From an uncultured delta proteobacterium (GTDB taxonomy: Bacteria > Desulfobacterota > BSN033 > UBA1163), in NCBI GenBank assembly GCA_963827685.1, contig CAWHBU010000002.1, positions 64,001 through 128,000 of the forward strand: 64,000 bases of DNA, in the 5' to 3' direction. Below are positions 50,545 to 60,756 of the stretch, piece by piece. Below the pieces are notes generated by a model. That model made no database searches, was not told the DNA's origin, and worked only from the letters and a program-made list of their open reading frames with translations. A program made the position numbers and the translations under genes. Position 1 is the stretch's first letter. The number at the start of each line of letters is the position of its first letter.

Positions 50545-50979
50545 CAGGTTACCATCAAACCGTTAATGTTCTTCCATTTGGTCCATCGAACCTCGGATCA
50601 ACCCTTTTTGGGGTCTTATTGTGGCCCCCTCACCATCTTCTGGGTAGTTCATATCGAAAAATATGGCTGGAAAATAGTGTATCAGATTTCCTATGAATTT
50701 ATGGGAAAAAGGTGAATAAGTCAATAAGGTAATATGACCTATTTTAAGATGAAAAAACCTGTATTTTTTTCCGAAATTCCTAAATTTTCGGTGGGTGTCC
50801 GAACCGTCTTCAAAGTAATTCGTTGGGAAAGAACATCCCCAGGAGGTGTTTTAGCGAAGAAGATAAGTCATCTCGCTGAAACGGCCAAGGCATTTGAGAA
50901 GGCGATTGAATAGATAAGATCTGGATGATCAAGGAAATACTTTATTTTTTAGCTTAAAATACGGGATTTGCCCTATTTA

Positions 50980-51535
50980 TTAAAATCGCATCTGAAAACC
51001 CCTTCCTGTGGACGGGGATGAAAGATGCGTCTGCTGAAGGCAGAAAAATGTGGTATATGAAAGTGCATGACTATCCGAAGAGCTGCTCACGCTGTCTATG
51101 ACACAAAATATCACTTGGTATGGGCGCCGAAGTATCGGAAATGGATTAAGAGACAAGATATCAGGGATAAGGCGCAGGAGATATTTGGAGAAGTTGCAGA
51201 AAATTATGGTTTTGACATTCAGGAGATGAGAGTGGCACCGGATCATGTTCATATATTCTTGAGTTTTCCGCCGAGATATTCGATTGCACGGGTAGTAGGG
51301 ATGCTGAAGAGTATTTCTGCGAGTCAGATATTTGAGGAATTTCCGGAAGTGAAGAAAGAGCTTTGGGGAGGGGAATTTTGGGAGGATGGGTATTTTGCGA
51401 GGACCGTGGGGGATAAAATCACGGCGGATTTGATCAAGCGCTACATCAAATATCATCGAGACGAGGTTCATGGTAAGCAACTAAAATTGTTTTAAGGGTT
51501 TTAAAGCCCCGCCTTGTAGGCGGGGTTCTTTACTT
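50980..51535 (+). mobile_element. IS200-like element (tnpA only); ends approximate
   Basis: Subterminal hairpins CCCCTTCC-TGT-GGACGGGG (50999-51017) and CCCCGCCT-TGT-AGGCGGGG (51507-51525) flank tnpA. Confidence 0.85.
51067..51495 (+). CDS. tnpA: IS200/IS605 HUH (Y1) transposase
   Basis: YHLVWAPKYR, DHVH, LWGGEFW..GYF, IKRYI. Confidence 0.95.
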   Translation: MTIRRAAHAVYDTKYHLVWAPKYRKWIKRQDIRDKAQEIFGEVAENYGFDIQEMRVAPDHVHIFLSFPPRYSIARVVGMLKSISASQIFEEFPEVKKELWGGEFWEDGYFARTVGDKITADLIKRYIKYHRDEVHGKQLKLF

Positions 51536-51589
51536 CTGAGTCCGTCATCATTATTATCTTTTATTAGCAATACGGAGATTTAGATATTA

Positions 51590-52694
51590 TTGAGTTTCGC
51601 ATAAATAATGGAACGCTACTCTCTAGTCCATGGGAGATCAGAAGCATAGATGCATGACCGGAGGAGTTTCTGTGATTGCCTGAGTCTTCGTCTCGAGTTT
51701 CGAAGCATTTTCTTAAGATCATTTAGACTTTCCGGTACACTGTTGGACAAGGCACGGTCAGTCTGGTTCCAAACATACTCAGCCGGATTAAGCTCGGGAG
51801 CATAGGCCGGAAAGTATTCCATATGAATTCTAGGGTGCCGAAGAAGAAACTGTTTAACTTCCTTTCGCCGATGGATGGTGGCTCGATCCCACAACAGGAA
51901 CATGGGTCCCCTGATATGTTGGAGCAGTTCTTTAAGAAAAGACCGAACATCCAGACCGGTGAGGTTCCATGCCCGAAATCGGAGATAAAGGGCCAACCGC
52001 TTTCGTTTCGGGGAGACCGACAAAGCACTGATAGAGGAAATCCTATCCTGTTTGTACAGGTGGTAGAAGACAGGGGTTTTCCCTTTTGGAGCCCAGGTGC
52101 GGCGAATGTTTGGAATGAGTAAGAAGCCAGACTCATCAAGAAAGACCAGCTGGGCCCCAAGTCTTTTGGCGTTTTTTTATATGCGGCCACCGGTGAACCT
52201 TCCAATGTACGATCTCTTTGTCGTCCCTTTGTAACGCCCGACGCTCTGGTTTCTGACAACTCCATCCCATGCCCTGAAGCAACCGCCACACATGATTGGG
52301 GTGATACCGGATACGAAAGTGTTTCAGAATGGTTTGAGCGATCCGCTTCAATGTCCACAGATCGGTCCGATATCCTGCGGCCAGAGGACCCGCCAAAAGC
52401 AGTTCCGCTAACTTCTCTTTCTCGATTCGAGACAGCTTCGGAGGACGTCCTGGAATGGCCTTCGAGCGAAGGGCCTCCGATCCGCCTTCTTGGTACTGTT
52501 GAAACCATCGGAAGACTGAGCTTTTTGATGCCCCCACCGAACGCGCTATGGCCGAAAGACTGGCCTTGCCTTCTTTCAACAACGAAATGGCGCCTCGACG
52601 GCGCTTCTCCAGTTCCTCTTGGGATCCATGGGGTCTCATGCCCCATATTATAGCAGAAAAAGTTAAAACGTTCCATTATTTATGCGAAAGTCAA
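51590..52694 (-). mobile_element. IS630-family insertion sequence (1105 bp)
   Basis: 26-bp TIRs, 25/26 identical (TTGAGTTTCGCATAAATAATGGAACG), with TA on both sides (51588-89 and 52695-96). Confidence 0.93.
51616..52639 (-). CDS. IS630 transposase in two frames joined at an A7 run (~52172-52178)
   Basis: HTH ORF 52639-52136; the +1 frame continues NAKRLGAQLVFLDESGF...LWDR...PAYAPELNPAE. Confidence 0.88.
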
Positions 52695-52784
52695 TAGCAA
52701 AGGAGGTGATGAGTGAAAAGGAGATCAGCACCTATGCTAAAATATGCGAGCTGAGATCAATAAGAAAGAAAGGAGGAGAATACA

Positions 52785-53147
52785 ATGCGAAAAATAATGA
52801 TTCTTGGTGTGTTGGTTAGCTTCTTAATGGTCATGAACGTGGTCCTTCCAGTCTATGCAGCTGAGACGGTGACAGTCAAAGGAGAGGTCATTGACACTTA
52901 CTGCTATGCCTTAATGGGAGCCAAAGGCGAGAGCCATCGACAGTGCGCCATCGACTGCGTTAAAGCTGGTATTCCAGCAGGGCTCCTTGAGGACAAAACC
53001 GGGAAGGTCTATGTTTTATTGCCCAGTAAAGACAAAACCGGTTTACCTAAAGGAGTGATCGACAAGATGGGGCGTATGGCTTCCATCACCGGCAAGGTTT
53101 ATACGAGTGGCGGAAGCAGCTTTTTGACTGTTGAATCCATCAAGTGA
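52785..53147 (+). CDS. Exported small Cys-containing protein
   Basis: Signal peptide; GEVIDTYCY..HRQCAIDC..G.P; AAGGAGG RBS. Confidence 0.75.
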   Translation: MRKIMILGVLVSFLMVMNVVLPVYAAETVTVKGEVIDTYCYALMGAKGESHRQCAIDCVKAGIPAGLLEDKTGKVYVLLPSKDKTGLPKGVIDKMGRMASITGKVYTSGGSSFLTVESIK

Positions 53148-53683
53148 AGCCTATGTTAGAAAACCTTCTCCCAGGAGTGCAGCACCTTCAAAACATCCAC
53201 CCATTGGTGGTTCATTTCCCCATCGCATTTTTAGCAGGGGCTGCATTCTTTTACTTTCTGTCTTGGGTTTTCCGAAACGAAACTTTCGCAACGGCAGCAT
53301 TTCTATTGCTCATCCTCGGTACCCTTGCCGCAGGGGCCGCAGTGGGAACGGGCCTTTACGGGGAGGAAGGAGTGATGGTTTCATTCTCAGTCAGACACCA
53401 TCTCTTGGAACCCCATGAAAAATTAATGCTTGCAACACTCGGAGTGAGTATAGGTTTGACCATCTGGGCGGTGGTTACAAAACGTTTTCCAAAGAAAAAG
53501 AGATTGCTCTTTCTCTTCTTACTCTTAGTATTGCTGGGAATCATGACTGGGGGAGCTGATTACGGTGCCCGAATGGTTTACGATTACAACGCAGGCGGGG
53601 ATGCTTGCTCCCAGCCTATCGACTTTACCAGGTGGAAGTTTCTAAATCTTTTCAAAGAGGGATTTGAAAAAGTTATCTGGTAG
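53144..53683 (+). CDS. DUF2231-like membrane protein
   Basis: HPLVVHFPIA, four TM segments, GARMVY. Confidence 0.8.
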   Translation: MKPMLENLLPGVQHLQNIHPLVVHFPIAFLAGAAFFYFLSWVFRNETFATAAFLLLILGTLAAGAAVGTGLYGEEGVMVSFSVRHHLLEPHEKLMLATLGVSIGLTIWAVVTKRFPKKKRLLFLFLLLVLLGIMTGGADYGARMVYDYNAGGDACSQPIDFTRWKFLNLFKEGFEKVIW

Positions 53684-54287
53684 TAAAAAACCCTTTAAGG
53701 TTTTGGTATTTCTTTTCTCCGATACCTCTTACATTTTTTAAATCCTCAACAGATCGAAAACCTCTCCTTCTTTCCCGATAGGCTATCATCTCCTGGGCCA
53801 AGGTTTCACCGATCCCGGAAATCAAACAAAGGTCCTCTATAGACACTTGATTGAGGTCGAGAGGAATGGAAAAGACGAGCAGTTTATTGGCGGCCATCCT
53901 GCTGATTCTTATCTTTATCTCTTCTTGCTTAATCTCCCTGTGTGCCCCCTGAGGTGGAGGAGGGGAAGGGGGGATTTGAGAAGATTCTTTCCCAACGATG
54001 AGGAGAGTTCCTGTTTCTAAAATTTCTGATGATGAGGTTGTATCGAATTGGGCAGCTTCTTTCAAACCTCCTGCCCTTTCAATTGCCTCTCTTAAAGTGG
54101 GTGGATTTTGAAAAAGATAGACTCCAGGATTCCGAACCTCTCCTGAGACTTCAACGACGATCTCTTCGGCGAACTCTTCTGAAGGACGGGAGGGAGGTTG
54201 ATAAGAAAATCTATAGTAGAAACTACCGAGGAGGAGAAGGGCGATAACAAAAAGAACCCATTGCTGGTGGAGGGAAAAGTATTTCAT
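53673..54287 (-). CDS. comEA: ComEA-family DNA-binding protein (SLBB + HhH)
   Basis: VSGEVRNPGVY, LDLN..L..ISGIG..LA, F.SVEDL..VRGIGEK. Confidence 0.85.
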   Translation of the reverse strand: MKYFSLHQQWVLFVIALLLLGSFYYRFSYQPPSRPSEEFAEEIVVEVSGEVRNPGVYLFQNPPTLREAIERAGGLKEAAQFDTTSSSEILETGTLLIVGKESSQIPPSPPPPQGAHREIKQEEIKIRISRMAANKLLVFSIPLDLNQVSIEDLCLISGIGETLAQEMIAYRERRRGFRSVEDLKNVRGIGEKKYQNLKGFFTTR

Positions 54288-54318
54288 ATATTCCCCCGAT
54301 GGAAGAGGGGCTTGGGAC

Positions 54319-54454
54319 AAGCACCAAATACCAAGCACCAAATAACAAACAATTTCCAATATTCAAAATTCAAAACCTCAAACAAAACCTTTTTGGTCAT
54401 TGGAAATTGGTGCTTGAAATTTGTTTGGGATTTGGAATTTGTAATTTGGTGCTT
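54319..54454. repeat. 136-bp 7-bp-periodic hairpin element, copy A
   Basis: Ends AAGCACCAAAT / ATTTGGTGCTT; overlaps the cimA stop. Confidence 0.85.
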
Positions 54455-56033
54455 ACTCTTTTTCTTCTTTTAAGAGCTTGTAGTCAATCGAGTCTACCAG
54501 CGCTTGCCAGCTTGCTTGAATGATGTTTTCAGAAACTCCAACCGTTCCCCACTTCGATTGTCCATCCCACGATTCGATCAGAACCCTCGTTTGGGCTCCG
54601 GTTCCATCCTTGGTGGAGAGGATCCTGACCTTGTAGTCGAGCAGTTTGACTTCTTTCAATTCAGGATAGAATTTTTCCAGTGCCTTTCGTATGGCATTAT
54701 CCAAAGCATTGACCGGGCCATTTCCAACGGCTGCGGTATGCTCTACTTGATCCCCTACACGAACCATAATGGTTGCTTCTGAAAGAGGGATTTCTTCCTC
54801 CGTCTTCTTCTCCACAATCACACGAAATCCCATCAGTTCAAAAAACCTTTTATGTTGCCCGAGAGCCTTTTTGATAAGAATCTCGAAAGAGCCTTCTGCT
54901 CCTTCAAATTGAAAACCTTCATTTTCCAGGTGTTTCAAGTCATCGAGGATCTTTCTCACTTTTGGATCTTTGCTCTCCAAATCAATTTTATACTCAGCGG
55001 CTTTGTAAAGGACATTCGATTCGCCTGAGAGGTCAGAGATGAGAACCCTTTGACGATTTCCAACCCGTTCCGGGGGAACATGCTCGTAGGCGGCACCACT
55101 TTTTCGGATGGCGCTCACATGCAGGCCACCCTTGTGGGCAAAAGCGCTATCCCCCACATAAGGGAGGTATTTATGATGGGGGAGGTTGGCCAACTCTGAG
55201 ACGAAACGGGAGACCTCCGTGATCTTTTTCAATTGGTCATCAGTAATGCAGTCGATTCCCATCTTCAACTTGAGATTTGGGATGACGGAACAGAGATTGG
55301 CATTCCCGCATCGTTCCCCATACCCGTTAATCGTGCCATGGACCATCCTGACACCTTCCTTGACCGCCAGGATGGTATTCGCTACTGCCATCTCGGTATC
55401 GTTATGGACATGAATGCCCAGAGAGACGGTGATTTTCTTTTTTACCTCTTTGACGATGGATCGGATTTCATCGGGGAATGTCCCACCATTGGTATCGCAT
55501 AAGACAATCCAATCAGCCTTGGCTTCCTGAGCTGCCTTCAGTGTTGAGAATGCGTACTGGGGATTGTTTTTAAATCCGTCGAAGAAATGTTCCGCATCAA
55601 AAATGACTTCCTCGATCCGATCCTTAAGGAACCGAATCGAGCTATGGATGATCTCGAGATTTTGATCAAGCGTAATATTTAACGCCTCAAGGGAATGAAT
55701 ATCCCAGGACTTTCCGACGACGGTAACCACCTTCGTGCCAGCCTCGATCAAAGCCTGGATGTTTTTGTCATTTTTGGGCAACGTTCCTGCCCGGCAGGTG
55801 CTTCCGAAAGCAGCAATCTTCGCCTGAGAAAGGGAAACCGATTTGATCTCTCGAAAAAACTGGAGGTCCTTTGGATTGGAACCGGGCCATCCCCCTTCGA
55901 TATAGTGAATCCCCAATTCATCCAGCTTTTGTGCAATCCGGACCTTGTCCTCGACAGAAAAAGAAATGTCTTCTGCTTGGGAACCGTCACGGAGCGTGGT
56001 ATCGTAAATTTTGACTGACCCTAATTGCTTCAA
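54453..56033 (-). CDS. cimA: Citramalate synthase
   Basis: [52 protein letters not shown]. Confidence 0.92.
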   Translation of the reverse strand: MKQLGSVKIYDTTLRDGSQAEDISFSVEDKVRIAQKLDELGIHYIEGGWPGSNPKDLQFFREIKSVSLSQAKIAAFGSTCRAGTLPKNDKNIQALIEAGTKVVTVVGKSWDIHSLEALNITLDQNLEIIHSSIRFLKDRIEEVIFDAEHFFDGFKNNPQYAFSTLKAAQEAKADWIVLCDTNGGTFPDEIRSIVKEVKKKITVSLGIHVHNDTEMAVANTILAVKEGVRMVHGTINGYGERCGNANLCSVIPNLKLKMGIDCITDDQLKKITEVSRFVSELANLPHHKYLPYVGDSAFAHKGGLHVSAIRKSGAAYEHVPPERVGNRQRVLISDLSGESNVLYKAAEYKIDLESKDPKVRKILDDLKHLENEGFQFEGAEGSFEILIKKALGQHKRFFELMGFRVIVEKKTEEEIPLSEATIMVRVGDQVEHTAAVGNGPVNALDNAIRKALEKFYPELKEVKLLDYKVRILSTKDGTGAQTRVLIESWDGQSKWGTVGVSENIIQASWQALVDSIDYKLLKEEKE

Positions 56034-56074
56034 ATCCAGAACTCCTACATGACAAAATGGTCAATGATCATTGA

Positions 56075-57314
56075 TTATTTTTCTTCCATGACCGCCGGTT
56101 TATCCAGTTCAAAAGCATCGTGGAGGGCTCGGACTGCCAATTCTGTATATTTGGAATCAATGATACAGGAGATCTTGATCTCTGAAGTGGAAATCATGTG
56201 GATATTGATCCCTTCCTTTGCCAATGCAGAAAACATCTGGGTGGCGACACTCGAGTGGCTCCTCATCCCTACTCCCACAATGGATATTTTTGCAATATCT
56301 TCATTGAATTTGACTTCTTTTCCACCGAACTCCTTATTCGTTTCTTTGACGATCTGAAGGGTTTTCGCAAAATCGGATTTGGGAACGGTGAAAGCTACAT
56401 CAGCACAGCCTTTCTCAGTGCTGGAGGTCTGAATGATCATGTCCACAACGATATTCGCATCGGCAATGGGTTTAAATAATTTGGCGGCCACTCCTGGGAT
56501 GTCCGGAAGGCGCATGACCTCGATCTTCGCTTCATTTTTGTTGTAAGTCACGCCGGAAACCACAACTTTTTCCATCTCTTTATCCTCCTTGCAGACGATT
56601 GTCCCAGGATTGTCATTAAAGGATGATCTGACATGGATAGGGACATCATATTTTTTAGCAAACTCTACAGAACGGATCTGCAGCACCTTCGCCCCGAGGC
56701 TGGCCATCTCAAGCATCTCATCATAAGAGATTCTCGATAACTTTCTTGCCTTGGGGTAAACATTCGGATCCGTCGTGTAAACCCCATCGACATCGGTATA
56801 AATTTCACACACATCCGCTCCCAACGCTGCAGCGACGGCCACAGCAGATGTGTCAGATCCTCCCCGACCGAGGGTCGTGATATTGCCTGAATCATCCACC
56901 CCCTGAAAACCTGCCACGACAACCACTCGTCCATCTTTTAAATCTTGACGCATTTTCTCCGAATCGATGCTCGCGATGCGGGCTTTGCCAAAGACACTGT
57001 CTGTGGCAATCTTGATCTGAAAGCCTAAATAGGATTTCGAAATCGCAGTCCATGGCCTTGAGGGCCATGGCGAGGAGAGCAATGGAGACCTGTTCTCCGG
57101 TTGAAACGAGAACATCGAGTTCCCTCTCATCAGGAACCGGGGTGACCTGCTGGGCCAAGCGAATGAGTTTATCTGTTTCTCCCGCCATCGCAGAGACGAC
57201 AACCACCACCTCATGGCCTTGGTTCTTGGTGTTGAGGACCCTCTTGGCCACATTTCTGATCCGCTCAACATCCCCGACAGAGGTACCACCATATTTTTGA
57301 ACTACTAACGCCAT
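56075..57314 (-). CDS. lysC: Aspartate kinase, split by a +1 insertion at ~57040 (probable artefact)
   Basis: [12 protein letters not shown] joins the [16 protein letters not shown] at GATTTCGAAATC, restoring MDCDSKSYLG. Confidence 0.92.
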
Positions 57315-57332
57315 TCAAACACCCCCTCTTCA

Positions 57333-57410
57333 AATGCGGATTGCGGGTTGCAGATTGATTCCCCTCACCCTTCCCCTCTCCCCTAAGGGGAGAGGGCGGG
57401 GTGAGAGGGG
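57333..57410. repeat. Heptamer tract plus CCCCTCACCC...GGGTGAG palindrome
   Basis: AATGCG GATTGCG GGTTGCA GATTG, then CCCCTCACCCTTCCCCTCTCCCC-TAA-GGGGAGAGGGCGGGGTGAG. Confidence 0.75.
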
Positions 57411-57412
57411 TC

Positions 57413-57871
57413 TCACTTAGAAAGTTCTTCTACCAGCTTATGGTAGCGATCTCCTTTCCCAAGGATTTCCAACGACCGTGTGCTCTTCCCTTTATAAACG
57501 ATATGGATGAAAAGCATCTCCTTGGGAAGGAGGGAGGGAATCTTATCTGCCCATTCGATGGCTGTAATCCCTCTGCCTTGGAAATAATCGTCCAAACCTA
57601 ATTCTTCAGCTTCCTTTTCCTCTTCCAGCCGAAAAAGATCAATATGGTAAAAGGCTATTTTCCCCGGGTATTCGTTAATCAATTTAAAAGAAGGACTTGA
57701 GATATAAGTCGGGTTCCTAACTCCCACTCCTGCAGCCAGTCCCTTGATGAATTGGGTTTTTCCCGCTCCCAATTCACCCACCAAGGCCACGACATCTCCG
57801 GGCAGAAGACGACTTCCGATCCTCCTTCCAATTCGAATCGTTTCGGATGTCCTATGGGTCTCGAAGACCAC
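57413..57871 (-). CDS. tsaE: t6A biosynthesis ATPase
   Basis: GELGAGKT, SSPSF, HIDLFRL, IEW. Confidence 0.93.
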   Translation of the reverse strand: MVFETHRTSETIRIGRRIGSRLLPGDVVALVGELGAGKTQFIKGLAAGVGVRNPTYISSPSFKLINEYPGKIAFYHIDLFRLEEEKEAEELGLDDYFQGRGITAIEWADKIPSLLPKEMLFIHIVYKGKSTRSLEILGKGDRYHKLVEELSK

Positions 57872-57885
57872 CTTTTTACCCGTTC

Positions 57886-58055
57886 AAATCCCAAATCACA
57901 AATTCCAAATCCCAAATAAATCTCAATTTCCAAATCCAAATGACCGAAACGATTTTGCTTGAGATTTGGAGTTTGGCCCATTGGAAATTATTTGTAATTT
58001 GGCCTGCCTGTGCGAAGCCGCTTCGGCGAAGGCAGGTGCTTGGGATTTAGTGCTT
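57886..58055. repeat. 136-bp hairpin element, copy B (inverted), with a 34-bp CCTGCC...GGCAGG insert
   Basis: Gap-free alignment to the reverse complement of copy A (about 27 mismatches in 136, hand count) once 58003-58036 is removed. Confidence 0.85.
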
Positions 58056-58096
58056 ATCCCTCCTTTATCGATTGGCTAAAATATTGCGTTAAGGGA

Positions 58097-58570
58097 TTAG
58101 GCTTTAAACTTAAAGTCATCGGGATTGAGACTTTCGAGCCATTCCTTTAACTGATCTCCTTCTTTCTCCATATCGATGGTTCGCGCCTTTTCGATGACTT
58201 GTTCAGATACGAAAATCGGGGCGTCTACAGCCAGAGCGATGGCCATGGCATCGCTAGGACGGGAGTCGATGATAATCTCTTCTCCTCCTCGGTTAAGGTA
58301 AATCAAGGCATAGTAAGTATTTTCTTTCAGATCATTGACCACAATTTTCACCACCTGAAATCGAAGGGTCTTTAAGATGTTATTGATCAAATCATGAGTC
58401 GATGGTCGATGGGAGCCCATCTTCTTCAGTTTCATCGCGATGGCATTCGCCTCGAAAGGGCCGATCCAAATGGGAAGTCCTGTTTTATTCGATAAATCCA
58501 TCAGGAGAACGACAAATCCATTTGAGGTAGAATCAAACGTCAAAAACTTTACTTTCATCTCGAAATACAT
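58097..58570 (-). CDS. Bifunctional nuclease (DUF151) family protein
   Basis: LPIWIGPFEANAI, RP.THDL, IDSRPSDAMAIAL; likely start MYFEMKV. Confidence 0.9.
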   Translation of the reverse strand: MYFEMKVKFLTFDSTSNGFVVLLMDLSNKTGLPIWIGPFEANAIAMKLKKMGSHRPSTHDLINNILKTLRFQVVKIVVNDLKENTYYALIYLNRGGEEIIIDSRPSDAMAIALAVDAPIFVSEQVIEKARTIDMEKEGDQLKEWLESLNPDDFKFKA

Positions 58571-58609
58571 CCTGCCTCTCCTTTCGTTCCTTTGGCCTTT
58601 GACTGGCAA

Positions 58610-58775
58610 GTGCCCCGTCCCGCCAAAGCGGGATAGGCGGGGTCCCTGCCTACCGGCAGGCAGGAAGGGGCACAATTAAAAAGATATTTCATTTGCTCGC
58701 TTTCCGCTCGCCACTACGTGTCCGGGAAGCCCCGGCGTGCCTGTCCCGTCCTGACGGGATGGCCGGGGAGCTTCA
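58610..58775. repeat. Nested palindromes with an IS200/605-like end hairpin
   Basis: GTGCCCC..GGGGCAC encloses TCCCGCCAAAGCGGGA and CCTGCCTACCGGCAGGCAGG; GAAGCCCCGGC..GCCGGGGAGCTTCA encloses TCCCGTCCTGACGGGA. Confidence 0.65.
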
Positions 58776-59020
58776 TAAAAACTTTCTCCCAATCCTCTCT
58801 AATCTTTGAATTGATCGAATTGATCCAGGACTCTCCTTAGTTGGTTCTTGATAATAGGACAAATATATTCCTGCTGTTGTTCGTCGTCCCATCCATCCCG
58901 CTGATCTCATCTGCCGCAGGCAGGTGCTACGGAAGAGGGATGGGGGAGGGGAAAGAACACCCGTTTGACGAAAAACGCTTATTTTAGTCTATCTTAAATG
59001 AAGAAGAAGTGAAAAATCAA

Positions 59021-59204
59021 CCCTTCGGCTTTCTCCGGCCGAAAGCCCTGGGTTTGCCCTTCGGCCTGAGACTTCGGCGAGTCGCTCGACCCGGAGGCTC
59101 TCGACGGGCTCAGTCGAGTCGCTCAGGTCGATGGCTCAGGGTTGATACTGAGCAGCACATTTGGCCCCCTTTAAGAGAGAGGGTCTGGCGCCGTCGCAGC
59201 ATCA
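59021..59204. repeat. Nested CCCTTCG...GCTCAGG...CTGAGC palindromic cluster
   Basis: Two CCCTTCGGC starts and several GCTCAG, GTCGA and CTGAG units in a GC-rich non-coding tract. Confidence 0.6.
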
Positions 59205-60756
59205 AATGTTTCCCTTGAGAAGGGTGGGGATTTTTTCAATGATGTCCGTTGCGATTAAGGATTTCTCTCCCATCTCTCGGGCGCCCTCATCACCAGCCAT
59301 TCCGTGGAGATAGACAGCTATTTGGAGAGAAGAGAGAATGTCAAATCCTTGACAGACCAATCCACCGATCATTCCGGTGAGCACATCCCCTGTCCCTCCT
59401 GAAGCCATTCCCGGATTACCCGTTGGGTTGATAAAGAGTCTCTCCTTTGGGGGTGGAGATCAGGGTAGGATGCCCTTTGAGGACGAGATGAACGTGCTGG
59501 GACTGTGAGAAGTTTCTGCTGAGTCCAACCCGATCTTCCAGGACTTCTTTAATCTGAGATCGAATCAGTCTTGCCATCTCTCCTGGATGGGGGGTGAGAA
59601 TGAACGAGCGATTCTTAATAGGAAGGGTTTTAGGTTGTGTCGCCAAAGCGGTCAGTCCGTCGGCATCTAAGATGATCGGGAGATCCAGTGTCCTGATCAG
59701 TTTGAGGACGAGCGATTGGGTCTCTTTAAACGTTCCCAGGCCAGGACCGATGATCACCGCCTTTTTGTTTTCGCAAAGACGGACGATGGTACCGAAGGCC
59801 CGAAGGCTAAGAGTTTGTTTGGGTGTTTCTGGAAGAGGTTCGGTCATGACCTCTGTCAATTTCATCTCCAGGATAGCATTGAGGCTCTTCGGGATAGCCA
59901 GGGTGACCAGGCCTGCCCCCATTCTGAGAGCGGCTTGACAAGCCATGACTGCGGCTCCTGTCCTGCCAACCGATCCCGCAATCACCAACAGGTGTCCGTA
60001 GTCTCCTTTGTGGGTATCCGGATTCCTTGGAATGGACATCCATTTTTGAATTTCCTCTTTTTCTAAAAGATAGGTTGGGATCTTTTCCTCCTCCACCAAT
60101 CTCTTGGGGATACCGATATCGATGACTCTTACTTTCCCCACATAGTCGAGTCCTGGCGGAATGAGATGGCCTATTTTGGGCAAACCGAAAGTGATGGTGA
60201 GGGAGGCCCGGACCGCTGTGCCAAGAGGTTTGCCTGTATCGGCATCTAAGCCGGAGGGAATGTCAATGGCGACAATGGGCGGTTGAAGCGTATTCAGATG
60301 ATCGATGACTTCTCTGTAGTAACCTCTGACCTCCGCATCGAGTCCTGTACCAAAAATGCCGTCAACCAAGATGTCAAACTTTTCCAGGTCCCTTTTCACT
60401 TTGATGTAATCTTTAGAAGAGGGGACAGAAACGACTTCCCCTTTCATGCGGTGGAAGATGCCAAAATTAGTTTCCGCATCTCCTCGGAGACCCTTCGGGT
60501 CGGTGAGGAGATAGACCCTCACATAGATCCCTTGATTCAGAAGGTATCGAGCGATCACAAACCCATCTCCCCCATTGTTTCCTTTTCCAGCAATGATGGC
60601 TATCTTCTTCTTGTGAATTTCGGGGAAACAACTGGAGATCACTTCTGCCGCCCCCCTCCCTGCATTTTCCATGAGGACGATTCCGGGAATCCGATAGGTT
60701 TCAATCGCCTTTCGATCCAATTCTTGCATCTCTTCAGCGGTCGCTACTTTCATCAT
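59202..60756 (-). CDS. nnr: Bifunctional NAD(P)HX epimerase/dehydratase, split by a +1 insertion at ~59439 (probable artefact)
   Basis: LMENAG, GKGNNGGDG, DIPSG, HKGDYG, TPHPGE; joins at GAGACTCTTT to FINPTGNPGMASGGTGDVL. Confidence 0.92.

Noticed and set aside
50980-51480. 166-aa ORF antisense to tnpA
   Set aside because: Shadow ORF of a clear transposase, with no motifs.
58571-58675. N-terminal extension of the DUF151 ORF (MCPFLPAGRQG...)
   Set aside because: Translated palindromic repeat; an RBS and ATG at 58570 give the normal start.
56075-60756. lysC and nnr as true pseudogenes
   Set aside because: Each has a single indel in an otherwise intact housekeeping gene, at a recurring motif; an artefact is more likely.
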